Source: Geosiphon pyriformis uo1
Taxonomy: Eukaryota > Fungi > Glomeromycota
Assembly: GCA_016748015.1 (NCBI GenBank)
Contig: JAAOMT010000134.1
Location: 316,757-380,756 of the forward strand
Length of the DNA stretch: 64,000 nt
Direction of reading: 5' to 3'
A program made the position numbers and the translations under genes. Shown piece after piece: positions 11,401 through 23,315 of this stretch (position 1 is the first letter of the stretch; each line of letters opens with the position of its first letter). The notes below the pieces were generated by a model. That model made no database searches. It saw nothing but the letters and a program-made list of their open reading frames with translations, and was not told the origin of the DNA.

Positions 11401-14400
11401 ACATATCCACAAAGCTGTGAAAAATCTGGAATGTAGTTTGGTGGTTGATCCTCAATTTCAGTAATTAAGTATCTGATGGTGGTTTCTTTTGGTATTTCAA
11501 TAACATTTCTGGTTGTGTTGTAGATGAGAATTTTAATATTTTTGGGGCTTTTGGCTGATATGTAGAAATTAGTAAGTTCAATTTCTTCTGATTCACAAAT
11601 GGTGGTTTTTGCTTCAAACAACTGAGCTTGATTCTTTACTTCTCTTTTTATGGCTAACATATACTGGTCATATGGTGAAATAGAAATTGATTGACAGATT
11701 GAGATAATTTCTCTTTTGTTAATAATCTCTTTCTCCACCATATTAATTGGTATGTCTATTCTATCCATTGATCCAAATTTCTGTATCTCTCTAACTGTAA
11801 TTCCTAGTTTTTTCTTGTTTCCTACTGAGACTAATTGAGCTACTTTTACTAGAGGTAGAAATATTGCCTATGTTATCTTTTTATTTGGATCTATGATATA
11901 TGCTTTTTCTAAGTCATTTTGTAGCATAGAAATAATATTTCCTACGTATCTTGTGTTAACTATTCTTCCTTTGATGTTGATCCTCTTTTTCGCTAAACTA
12001 CTCTTGGATGCTAGTTGAACCATTGTTGTTGCTAGAATTTCCAGTGCTATTTTCAGATCGATGCAAGTGCACAAATGTGGTTCCAATTTGATGAAATTTT
12101 TCCCTAGATATCTCAGATCAAATCTTGCATCAGTATCATGTGCATGTTCAGGCATAATACTTTCATCATTATCGCTGAACCATTTAAGCTCTTGTTCTTT
12201 GGTGAGATCAGGAAGTGTGATAAATGCTTCAAGATTTGAATTGGAGTTTGAATTATTGTAGTTTTTGTTGTTATATTGAGCAGAGCTGGAACCATTGTTT
12301 TTGTTATTATCGTTGTTGGAGTTTGAATTGAGATTGAAAGTTGATTCTGATTCTGATATGCAGCTGCTGATTGGTTCTTCTTCCTCTGAAATTATGTAGA
12401 TCATGTGTGGTAATAGATTGTAAATAAGATCACACTCATTACAATATTGGAAGTCACAGGAAATTAAGCAGTATTGACATAGTCGAATATTCAATTGTTC
12501 TAGGCATTGCTCTTGCTCTTCTCTAGTGGGTGCTAATTCCTGGTAGTATTCATGAAATTGTTTTGGGTCTAGAAGATTTATGACTGGTTCTGGGTCCCAG
12601 TCAAGTTCTATGAGTTCTGGAGGATTGTTTTTGATTTCTCTGATTTCTTCTGATAATGCTCTTTCTATCTTGGCTATTTCCATTCTCCATATTTCATCAT
12701 CATCGTGTGGACAATTGTCTAATCACTGTACAGCTCTTCTCCAGGTGGCTTCAATTGGTGTCTCTTTTTTGACCCAATTATTAATAAAAATCATGTACTG
12801 ACACAAAGTGTCGCATGTTTCTTCTTGACCAGGAATGTCATTCCATAATCTTTTGTCAAGTAAGATTTCTCTACAAGCTAGGCAAGATTCATTGTCTTAT
12901 TTTCCTTGCTGTTTTGGTTGTCCAAAGCGTTTTATGATGCACACGTGACAGTAGAATTTGGTTGCCATTTGGTATTTTTTATTGTTGCCACAGCATGCAC
13001 TCATTAATGACAATTTCTTGCTACAATCGATGCATATCAGCTTTGGTTGATGATAACTCGATCATTGTGGTGATGTATATGTATAAGAGATGTAAATGGC
13101 AGTTGGTAATGGCTTTTCTTTCTTTACTTTTTTTTTTCTTTTTCTCTTTCATCTCATTTCTAAGTTATCAGTTCTTCTGAATTGTGATCAGTTTTCCAGA
13201 GTTGGTCAGTGTTCCAGGTAAGTTCTTCCTTCTGCTTTCCTTTGTTGTTGTTGTCCTAGAAGAGTATTGGTGGCAACTCATTGTGGTCTTTGTCAGCCCA
13301 GAATACTTGATAGGCTTTGCAGGTAGGTTTCTTTTCTTTTTTCTTGAATTTGATAAGAAGTGCTGGCATGTTGGGGGTTTTGAAATGGCCATACATGGCT
13401 GGTACTTGTATGTGTTGACTGTTCTGGCTGAGTTAAAGTTCCTGCATCATCCAGTTAAGTATGGCATTGGTTTTAGATAACCAGTCATTTCCTACCAATG
13501 TCTGATATTGAGTTGCTTTCATCACTAGGACTTTGATGGGAATGATAATGCCATTGACTTCAAAAGGGAAGTCATTAATTTCACCAATAAGAGTTTTAGT
13601 TGTTCCATCAGTAGTGATTATGTGAGTGTTAGCAGTGCAATTAACTTGGCAACCTAATTGGTCCATGAGTTGTTATGTAATGATGCTGCCAGCTAATCCA
13701 CTGTCTAGTATCAGCTTAATAGCATGACCATTAACCTTTGCATTAGTGTATATGGCAGTAATCAGTTTGGTGTCAAGAGTGGCTCCACTAAATAATGGGA
13801 CTGTCATAGTTTCCTTGAGTTTGAAAAGAAAAATAGCTGCTAAAAATTTGTTGTAAAAGATGGTTGCTAGTAGAATATTGCTAGTAAGTGACTGTTTCTG
13901 GCTGGATTCTGGATTGTTGGATGTGACATCTTCTAAGATAACCAGAAGACTTAAATAGTGTTGGGAATTTGGATTTTGGGCATACCCAGTGTCCGAATTC
14001 CATTGTCAGAATTCCAATTGTTGTGTCAAGGAATTGGGGATTGGTTGATGGACTACTATTGACAATCTTCAGCTTTGTTGTGTCAGTCTTGGCCTTTGGG
14101 TTCTGTTTTGAGATAAGTTCTGTAGTGGTATTTGAATTGGTTGGAACTGATAAATTACATGAGGCTGTGACTAATAAATAAGTTAAAACTGCAGTTAATA
14201 AATAATGGAGTGTATTGGCTGATAAATTGGTGGTTAATAGATTGGCTGTTGTGTCATAGATAGGTAATTTGGTTGATATGGTGCTAGATTGGGTTGATAA
14301 TTCAGAGCTTGAAACCAGCAATTGGGGTTTCGATATTGATTTCCCGATCATGAGTTATTATTATAAGATCAGCAATTGGCTCTAATGTGGTCTTGTTTAC

Positions 14401-16129
14401 CACAGTTATGGTAGACATGTATTTCTTGTTGTTACAGCTGATTTGACAATGAATGTGACTGATTTTGGAAACAATTTGTGTTTCTTGGATTATTGCACCA
14501 TTATAATAGTTGATAAATTGCATGATTGTCAGCTAAGTATTTTTCTAATTTCTGATTAATTGATTTACTGAGTTGTTTCAATTTGGAATCCAAGTCAGAT
14601 GATCCATTTATAACTAGGTTAATGGCTTGTACATAGTTTGTTTCAAGTTTTGCCGATTCAAAATCTCTTGTATTGGTGACTGTATTTTGGAGAGTTTGTA
14701 AATACATTAGACATATGCATTGAAGAAGGCTACTGCATAGTTTACAGATAAACTGGTTTAGAATCTGTGGTGCTGTAAAATAATCAGCCTAAATTGCTTA
14801 AATTTGGTGCAAGTTCCTGTGGAAGCATCCCAAATAAGTGGTAACTGCTTTAATTTTTCTTTGTTTAATTGTGGTGAAAGTGTTGGCCAGGCAATTAATG
14901 CTGTTATTATTACTGAAATATCCCAAGAATGCAGTTTTAAATTCCTGAAATGTTTGAGGTTTAATGGCTAGATTCTGATACCACAAGTTGGCAGTATCTT
15001 GTAGAAAATAGGGAATCACTTGGAGGGCTCTGTTATTATTCTACCTATTGGCTGCGATGACTTTTTCCACATCATTAAGTTATACTTGGGCGTCATCCTC
15101 TTTGCTGGTAAATTTCTCTATTTTAGCAATTGGAGCATAAGTCATTGGATCCAAGTTTGGTTGTTAAATTTGTTGTTGTGACTGTTGAAGTGACTGTTGT
15201 GGTTGCTGTAATGGTATTTGTTGTGGTTGGATCAGTTTAGCTGGTGGCTGATCAATGATGATTATTGGAAGTAAGTTTTGCTAATTAATTAATTTGGGGT
15301 TTGGATTGTCTTAATTCAGTAGTGTTTGAATATTCGGAGTTCCGATTTCCAGATTTTCTAAGTTTAGATTTTGCTAAGTTTGCAAGTTCAGAATTTCAAT
15401 TTCCAGGTTTTCTGGAATCAGGTTCTGGTAAGTAAATTTTTGATCTTCAGATTCTTCTTTTTTTTCTTTTTTTTCTGATTTTGTTATCTTCCAAGGACTT
15501 GTGTTTCCAAAATCTGGTTGAGATAGTAGTGATTAGAATTTTGATGGCATTGGCGATCATGATTTAAATTCTTTAAAATAATCACTGTAAGTCTCTAGTA
15601 ATTCTGCTTTCTTTTGTTTACTTTGAAATGAGAGTTGTTCAAATGTTGATGTTGTGTTTGATGTGAATACACCTGTTGATGAGATATTGATAGTGCTTCT
15701 GGGTATATAGTGATATGATGGATTTGTTGGTAATTCAACTCTGGTTTTCTTCCAAGTGAATGGTTGTATTTGTTTTGGTGTTACTGCTGGTGTTTGCAAT
15801 CTTTCTTTGTCTTTGTCTGTGTAAGTAATAGGAAATTGTTGTTGTGTGTATTTTTCAATAGTTTAATTGATTTCCCTGATGATTGGTGTAAAACTATAGT
15901 TTTTTGGTAAGCTGGTATGTTGAAATAATTCTGTATAGAAATTTTCTCTTGTAAATTCAATGTTAACTGTTCCTCTTAAGCAGTCTGTGATTTTATCATT
16001 GATGTAGAAGTTAAAAGTGGATTCTGCTGAAAAGTGGTTATTGTTTAACCCTAATTGTTGGCTATACTATTGAAACAAAAATTTAGTGAATCCTAAATGG
16101 TTTGCTCCTATGTTTTCTAATTCTGCCAC
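8500..16129 (-). pseudogene. gag-pol: C gag-pol polyprotein pseudogene (N-domain, CA, CCHC, PR, Cys-rich, dUTPase, RT, RH, IN)
   Basis: Track ORFs 14798-15019 (CA), 13433-13666 (PR), 11868-12683, 10413-11297 (RT YLDD), 9507-9851 and 8865-9128 (IN). Confidence 0.92.
11761..12155 (-). pseudogene. dut: dUTPase domain of C
   Basis: ARFDL, ASKSSL, GRIVNTRYVG, KIT*AIF, QKFGSMD are decayed trimeric dUTPase motifs 1-5. Confidence 0.85.
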
Positions 16130-16191
16130 TTTTGAATAACTGTTGTTGGTGCTGGTTCTCTGTAGGATTATACCTTACAAGAAGCACCAAA

Positions 16192-16884
16192 TATTACAGA
16201 TGATTATTTGGGGTCTCAAAGCAAATAACAAATCCATAACTTAGTGCTTGATTGGTACTCTGGCATAGATATCTGAAGGTTTTATTGATCTGAAGATTTG
16301 TTGTAGAGTTCTTTGTATAATAGACAGAGATTTAACAATTGTTTTCAGTAGTCTTCCAGAATTGCAATTCCATTAAATTTTTTTTTTTAGTGTGGTGGCC
16401 GGTAATTCTCCTGGTAAGCTATCTTCAAATCTATGAGTGTTCTACTTTTGTTTCACAGGTTTTTTACCAGTTACTATGATGTCTGTATTTCAGTATTTAA
16501 TTCTTAATCAATTTAGTAAAATCACAGAAATAACAAAAAAAATAAAATAAAAAAAGATAAAGAAATAATAAAAGCAATTGCAAGTTGGTATCCTGTCAAT
16601 AGTCGTAATCAAAAGCTATTGTTCCAATGTGGTTAAGTATCAATTACTATCAACATGAAGTGTTAATAGAGGGAGTGGATTTGAGATAGAGAATAATTAT
16701 TTATTGATATTTATGGATGGAAAGATTGCTTAGATAAAATCTAAACTCAAAGATCTGTCTTTTTTACTTCTAATGCTACTACTATATATACATAATTTGG
16801 ATTCTACAAGATTGCTCACATGCTAACTACTACTTTCTTATTGGCCTATTATTTTCTATATCTGTTTTTTATTTATGAATAATA
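16192..16884 (-). repeat. 5' LTR of C (about 100 bp shorter in U3)
   Basis: Followed on the - strand by TT + TGGTGCTTCTTGTAAGG. Confidence 0.9.
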
Positions 16885-19800
16885 CCACTTTTCTTGAATA
16901 TTACTACAACTGGAAAAGCTCATTCACTCTTGGTTTTTTGTATGAATCCAAGATTTTTCATCTGGTTTAATTTTTTTTTGATAAACTCATTATTGCATTG
17001 ATTGGATTGATAAGGTTTCAAATAGATAAAACAAGTTTTTTTGTAATGATAGTATGTTGTATTACATAAGTTCATCTAGGAGTGTCACCTTCTTTTGAAA
17101 TAACTGAGCTATTTCTAGCCAACAGATTTTCAATGTCTATTTTTTTTTTTTTAGGGGAAGGTTTTCTTTGTTCTACAACTAGTGATTGGATTTCAGATGG
17201 TTCATTCTCAAAAGACTTTTGTACTTTTTTAAGTTCTTTTCAAGGTATTAAGCTAATTGGTTTCCAATCTTTGTAATAGATCAGACAGAATTTGCATTCA
17301 TTATTTGGTGAATACAAAGGTTTATTATACCAGTACTATGTACAAAGACCATGCCACCAATAACTGTATTTGGTTTTCTTGCCAGGTTTTCTGTCAAAAG
17401 TTCTTCTGAAGATATTATAGTAGAGCCAGCAGATCAGCTTGCCATTTACTATAATTCCTTCTTTGTTAGCTTTAACATTGTCTAGTGGCTTGCCATTACT
17501 GGTGAAAATAGTATAGGCAAGTTCAGCAGTTTTTTCTGGTTCTTTTTGATCTTCATTATTACTTTCATCATTATCTGATTTATCTGATTGTTCTTCTTCT
17601 TGGTTCTGTTTGGTTGCTGGAGGAGTTGTCCAATAACAGCATTTAATCACAATAGATTTTTTACCACATCTAATGGTTAGCTCACAAAGTTCATAGTCAA
17701 GTAGTGCTTTGGCTTTCTTAAGCCACTTATTACCAACAATGATAGTATACTCTTTTGCTTTAGATACTTCCATGTCTGTTTTGATGCTAATACTATTGAT
17801 GTAAACAAGAACAGCTTTGGCTATATCCAGACCTTTTTTTTTTGTCACCATGTACATTAGTTATAGGCTGGGTAGAAAGTTCATTAATCTTTCTTCCAAT
17901 GGCTTCCAGAAAGTGTTTGGCAATTACACTAATAGATGATTCACTGTTTAGAATCAAATTAATAGAGTAGCCAGCCACTTGGGCTTTGCAAATCAGAGGA
18001 GTGACATTGCTGTTATCAACAAGTCCAGCTTGGTGAGAGTGTTTGTTGCTTTTTGGTGTCTTTTTTTTTGGTATCAATAATTTGCAAAGATTTTTTCTGA
18101 ACTGTGGATGGGTCATTAGTTGGCCAAATGTAATGTGTGCTGGGGTTTTCATAAGATCTTTAACAACAAAATAAGGGCCAGATTTTTGTACTATTTCTGA
18201 AGGTTCCAACTTTGGAGAATTTTTAAAAACTTTGGTCTTTGGTGGCTCATTGTTGTTAGCAGTAAAAGTTGAGGCTTTGTTGGGATTTAAAACGAAATCA
18301 ACCTTGGCTTTCTTCTTCTTTTTTGTTAAGTCAGAGGTGCTGATTGCCAGTTCATTCATATCATGATCATTATCAGTTAGGTTAAAAGCATAAAAAGAGT
18401 TTTCTTCTGGTTGGCTTGCATTCTCATTCTTTGAAAGTGGGCCTACCAGTTTAAAGGCTAATAAACAGTAGCTTCAACTAAAGAATTCTTTTCAAAGAAA
18501 TTAATGTTGACATGATTGGGTCTTTGATTGGGAATATTATTGTTGTTGAGTCTGTTATTTTGGGTGTCATTATTTCTAAGAGCTGGAGAAGGCAATAGAG
18601 GATTGTTGTAGTCTCTAGAAAAGTGTCCAGTTAATCTACAGTAATAGTACACAGGTGGGCCACAATTTTGTTGTCTTTGATATAGTGGTTGTTGGGGCTG
18701 ATTAAAATGGGGTTCAAATCTGGGTCTTTGGGGTTGTTGGTTGTCTCTGACTGCTTGAGCTAATGATTCTAATAGCCAATGTTACCAGACAAAATTAGAG
18801 ATATTGTTTAGCATGAAATTACTCTTATAAATCTTATCATTAATTAGCATATATTATCATTTCAAATTATTACTTATTACATTAACAAAATATTCGAAAT
18901 TATCATTTAATTAATAACCCAATTTGTACATAACACAAATGTAACCTAATTGCAATGATTAATCATGCAATACTCTGAACTATGTAATATTCAAAAAGTT
19001 CACCAAAATTTGTAAGAAATTCGCCGAAATAATTGATAGTTTGCAGAAATAACTTGTAGTTTGCCGAAATGTATCTTTAGTTTAGCAAAATTATAGAAAA
19101 TATCAAAGTTCAAGTTCATAGAATAGTGTTATGACAAGTTGTATAAAAGAAGAGCTTCTCTTTTCAAGGAAATGTATCTTACTTCAGATTAAAAAAAAAA
19201 CAATTAGAATAATCATTTACACCCAAAGACAAATAAATATCAAATAATTTGAAAAGCCAAATTCTTAAATTATTTCACTTGAAATTAACCAATTCTTACT
19301 AACAGTTTGAAATTGACTAGTTACCAATTTCAGTAAACTGTTAAAGCACTTCCAGGCCTGGATCTGAAACAACTTCCATAAAATCATCAGTTTTACTTTT
19401 TCTTTTACATTTCTTTTATTCTCTTTCTTTTCTTATTATAAATTATTTGGGTAGCCTACAGATGAGAATTCCTGTAAAAGAGTTGACTTTTACAGCAAAG
19501 TAACTATACATTTTTAGTGAGCTTCCAGACAAGCAATTCCTGGGAAAAAGTTGACATTTACTACAACGTAACTATACAAAGTAACTGGCACGGAATTGGC
19601 CATTCCACTTATAAGCCCAGCAGTTCAAATTATAGGAGATAATTTGAAGATAAATTCAGTTACTGGAGGATTTAACCACATCCAGAAAACGAAAATCCAC
19701 AGCAAACAGGCATCAACAACATTTAAGAAAAGAGACCAAAAACCTCCAGTAACACCAAACAAGATTAGCAGTAAGTCTGTCTATTAATTGTTTATTGGGA

Positions 19801-20974
19801 TCATAAATGTGAGTGGCAAAAGAGGTAGCAGCCATTTGTGGAGCTGGAACCATGACAGAAGCAGGAGCAAAAACTGGAAGAGTAGATCCTAGGTGCATTC
19901 TTTGGTTGTCTTCTATTCTCTGAGCAAGTTCAATGGCCATATTTATTGTAAAATTATATTTTAGAGCTAGGAGAGGCCAAAGAGCATATGATAGATCAGT
20001 TTTCAGTCCTTTTGTAAAGAAATATATTTTCTGCTCTTCTGTCCAATTTCTTTTAGAGTCTACCTGTTTAATGAGTTTTCTTATTGCTTTAGCATATTCT
20101 GTCACAATCTGACCAGAGTCTTGAGTTCTTCTTTCTAATTCCATATGCCATTTGGATATTAAGATAAAAGTTCTAAATTTTATTTCAAACTGGGTAGTGA
20201 AAGAGATGTTGTCTTCTCCAGCATTTGCCAGTGTTCATCTAATAATTTTTTGCTGGGCATTGGCATTGGTTTCTTGTGAGAACCAAGTAACAGAAAAGCC
20301 TTGAAGGTAGCTACCAACGATTTGGAACTTGTATTCATTATCATATTGGTTTGCTGTAGCAGCTCTTTCAAAGTCATCCAACCATTCAATTGGATCTTAG
20401 ACATTACCTCTGAATAATAATAATGGGATGTTGTTTCTTCACCCTAAAACAGTCTGTATACCTTGAAGGGTAATCAGAATGTTTTGTTGCAGAGAGTCTT
20501 AAGTCATTGGTTTAGGTGTAACTGTTTGTGTGGAGTGTTCTGATTCATTTGAGAAGAGATCAAAAACAGAAGCAGTTTGATAGCTTTTTTCTTCTGTTCA
20601 AAGGGTGTTTTAGCTAACTGGTGGGCAGCAATCTAGATGTGAATTTGGTGATTCAGATATTCGAAATCAAGGAGCTGTTGTTCAAAAGTTGTGGAATATA
20701 AAAGCTGATTAATGCTGTTGTTTTTTTCTTCAAAGTTGTCTTCAAGATAAGCTTGATTGAAGTAGTAAGTTGTATAGGCTGTATAGGTTTCAGCTGAATA
20801 CTTGTTCAGGAACCAGTTGCAAAAGTCTTGGAATTATTTACTGGATTGTTTTTTAATGGGAAAACAAATCAAGCAGGAGGGCAAAGGATTGAGTTCAATA
20901 AAGTTTAGATTGTTTTTGTTGTGTGCTTCAAAGTGTTTTTCTGATTGTTGTGGCAGGTATGAATAATTACTCAT
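16885..20974 (-). pseudogene. gag-pol: B gag and protease region (interrupted by solo LTR S1)
   Basis: ATG 20974; capsid-like DPIEWLDDFERAA..ERRTQ..VTEYAK; decayed zinc knuckle YYCRLTGHFSRDY; PR LILNSESS (decayed LDSG). Confidence 0.85.
18780..19754. mobile_element. Solo LTR S1 (third family) inserted in B gag
   Basis: TGTTAC..GTAACA termini, perfect CCAA TSD, 975 bp, no coding content. Confidence 0.88.
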
Positions 20975-21003
20975 ACAATAGAAAACAAAGTGGATTTTGA
21001 CAA

Positions 21004-21020
21004 CCTCACAAGGAGCACCA
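21004..21020 (-). promoter_or_regulatory. PBS of B (TGGTGCTCCTTGTGAGG), 6 nt from the LTR
   Basis: Same primer sequence as the A family, but with a TAAAAG spacer instead of TT. Confidence 0.85.
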
Positions 21021-21026
21021 CTTTTA

Positions 21027-21717
21027 TGTTATGGGTTGGAGTAACAAGCTAATGGATAGCAAGGGAGAACAGGATTGTAGGGTAATGAAAGGAATCAAAG
21101 GGAATTCAACTTTAAAGAGTGAATTGAATAAGTATGAATTCAATGTGTGAGATCAGTTTTATAAAATATCTCAGTCGCTGTACTTTTTAAAAGATAACCG
21201 GGGAATCTGAAGGTAGAAGAATAGTCTGTACTATCAACAAATGATCATGCCTGGTATAATTTTATGTCTCATATTAGTGCTCTTAAAATTCAATATTAGG
21301 TATCAGATGTACTCTTCAGTTATGTTTTATTCAATAATCTTTAAATGTTGTAATTACATGTTTTAAAAAAAGGGTAAAAAATAACCAACAAGTAATCTTT
21401 TATCCCAAGATATTCAAATACTTGAAAATAGGGAAAGAGAAATTAGTAATAAAAGAATAATTGAGATAAAAGTTGTTATTTTATTTATTTTTTTTCTTTG
21501 ATTCTTACATACTTTTCTACAGCTAGGAGATTTATTGCTTATATAGCTATCAAAAGTAGTCAATAATTAGGTCAATAATCAGATTAATAATCAGGTCAAT
21601 AATTAGGTCATTGATCAGGTCAATAATTACTTTCTAAAAATAGAGTGGCTAATTTATATAACATCAGTGGCTAATACATGTAATAATTAATAGAAAGTAT
21701 AAGTTTCAACCATAACA
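21027..21717 (-). repeat. 5' LTR of B
   Basis: Direct repeat of 3160-3850, adjacent to the PBS. Confidence 0.92.
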
Positions 21718-22232
21718 ACACTAATTACCAAATTAGAAAAATTCAATGGTGAAGAAAACAATGTCCAAGTTTGGTTGAACAATGTTGCAAAAGTCATTAC
21801 CACCAATAATTGGAATGATGCTAAAGCTCTTCAAGCCATTCCATATTTTTTCTAAAATACTGTCAATTTATAGTATTAAAGCATAATTCAAAAGCCCCAA
21901 AATTTTAATGATTTCAAAACTGAATTTTTGAAATATTTTAGTAATAATAACAACATTAATTGCCTTATAACTGCCTTTACTACCATTAAACAAAAAAAAA
22001 TTGAAGCTGTTACCATGTACCTAAAATGTTTCCATAGAAATTTGCACCAAATACAAGCAATTAATGCAAATTATTTTACAGTACCACAGATTTTAAACCA
22101 GTTTATCTGTAATCTATATAGTAGTATCCTTCAGCACATATGTCTATTACATATATAAACACTCTAGAATGCAGTTAAATATGTCAGAAATTTTAAATTA
22201 GCTGAATTAAAAGCTAATTATGCTCAAGCCAT

Positions 22233-23315
22233 TGTTACCCGAGTAGAAAAACCGATCCAAAGTTATGAAGAAATGTGACCAAAACATAACATAACACAGA
22301 ATAATGCACAATAACGTTGGATAATGCATTATAACATAAGATAATGTGTTATAACGCAGGATAACACAGAATAGTGCGCAATAATGTAGGATAATGTGTT
22401 ATAATGCAGGATAACACAAAATAACATGTAATAATGTCAGATAATGTGTTATAACATAGGATAACTAGCAATAACATAGAAAAATGAAGCAATAACAGAA
22501 ACAACAAAGCAATAGCTAGTAATAGCAAGACAATTGAAAGCAATCCTGTAAAACCAAAAGAATGTATAAAAGCAAGTAGTTGTAGAAGTGAGAAAAGACA
22601 AACAAATAGATACAAACCTCTAAACCAGAATTAAAATATCCATATCTCTTCATCCTTTATTATCTTCCCTATTTCATCTCCTGAAATAAACCAATTATTA
22701 AAGAAATCAGAATCACAAATTTATGTTCTCAAACTTCGTGGAATTTACGTGAATTAACCCTTGTCTTATACCTCCATTCTAGAACAGATGCTCTTAGCAT
22801 AACTGTCTCAAACCTATTAATAATTTGGACCAATCACTCTTGATCATGGTGATTAATGATACTAATTTATCTTTTCTCTCTTTTCTTTTCTTTTCTTTTT
22901 CTTTTTCTTTCTTTTTCTGTCTTATTTTTGTGGAGTGGCAACATAGTAAAATTGACTGTCTGGGAATAGACTTCGTGATAGCCTGGTAAAAGAGGGAAGC
23001 TTCCCTTAAGTTTTGGATATTAACATTATCTTGTTAGCTTACCAAAAGGGCGAAAAGACAATGCCAGACCCTAACAACTGCGCTCGTTAGCTCAGAAAAG
23101 AAAGCTCACATTTATGAAAAATGTTGTAATCAACAAAAGACAAACTTTGTGTCTTATAACCAAAGAACTCAATAGATAAAATTCACATTCAGGAATAGAC
23201 TTTCAGAGACTGATAATCAAGACTAAGCCAACAGAATTACACAGAAAATGCATCATCAATAATTGAGAGCCCTCAATGTTACTATTTCTCATACTTACCA
23301 AGTTTACCCATAACA
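22233..23315 (+). mobile_element. Solo LTR S2 (distant relative of A-family LTRs) inserted in A gag
   Basis: TGTTAC..ATAACA termini, TSD CCAT/CCGT, 1083 bp. TATAAAA at ~22566; shares U5 blocks with the A family. Confidence 0.88.
22291..22480. repeat. 19 x 10-bp phased array (ATAAYRNNNN) in U3 of S2
   Basis: Every 10-mer begins ATAA (one ATAG), with no register shift. Confidence 0.9.

Larger units (their letters stand above)
7020..16884 (-). mobile_element. Ty3/Gypsy element C (dUTPase family), full length, inserted in the RT of B
   Basis: LTRs 7020-7814 and 16192-16884; TSD CTAC/CCAC; PBS 16173-16189; PPT 7815-7829. The B RT reads KKSG/TLxFCVDY across the junction. Confidence 0.93.
3160..21717 (-). 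mobile_element. Ty3/Gypsy LTR retrotransposon B (second family, no dUTPase; own sequence ~7.7 kb)
   Basis: LTRs 3160-3850 and 21027-21717; TSD ATAC/ACAC; PBS 21004-21020 (-); PPT at 3851-3861 (-). Carries gag CCHC, PR, RT YLDD, RH and IN. Confidence 0.92.

Noticed and set aside
12230-12340. Asn-rich, prion-like tract in C
   Set aside because: Homologous positions are Asp-rich in F and D; the Asn residues are largely G>A decay of an acidic linker.
21140-21185. Possible hammerhead ribozyme core in the B LTR (CTGAGA..GAAA on -)
   Set aside because: Does not match CUGANGA and the flanking stems are not convincing.
22291-22480. Periodic arrays as possible CRISPR
   Set aside because: No unique spacers and no cas genes; the arrays lie inside eukaryotic LTR U3 regions.
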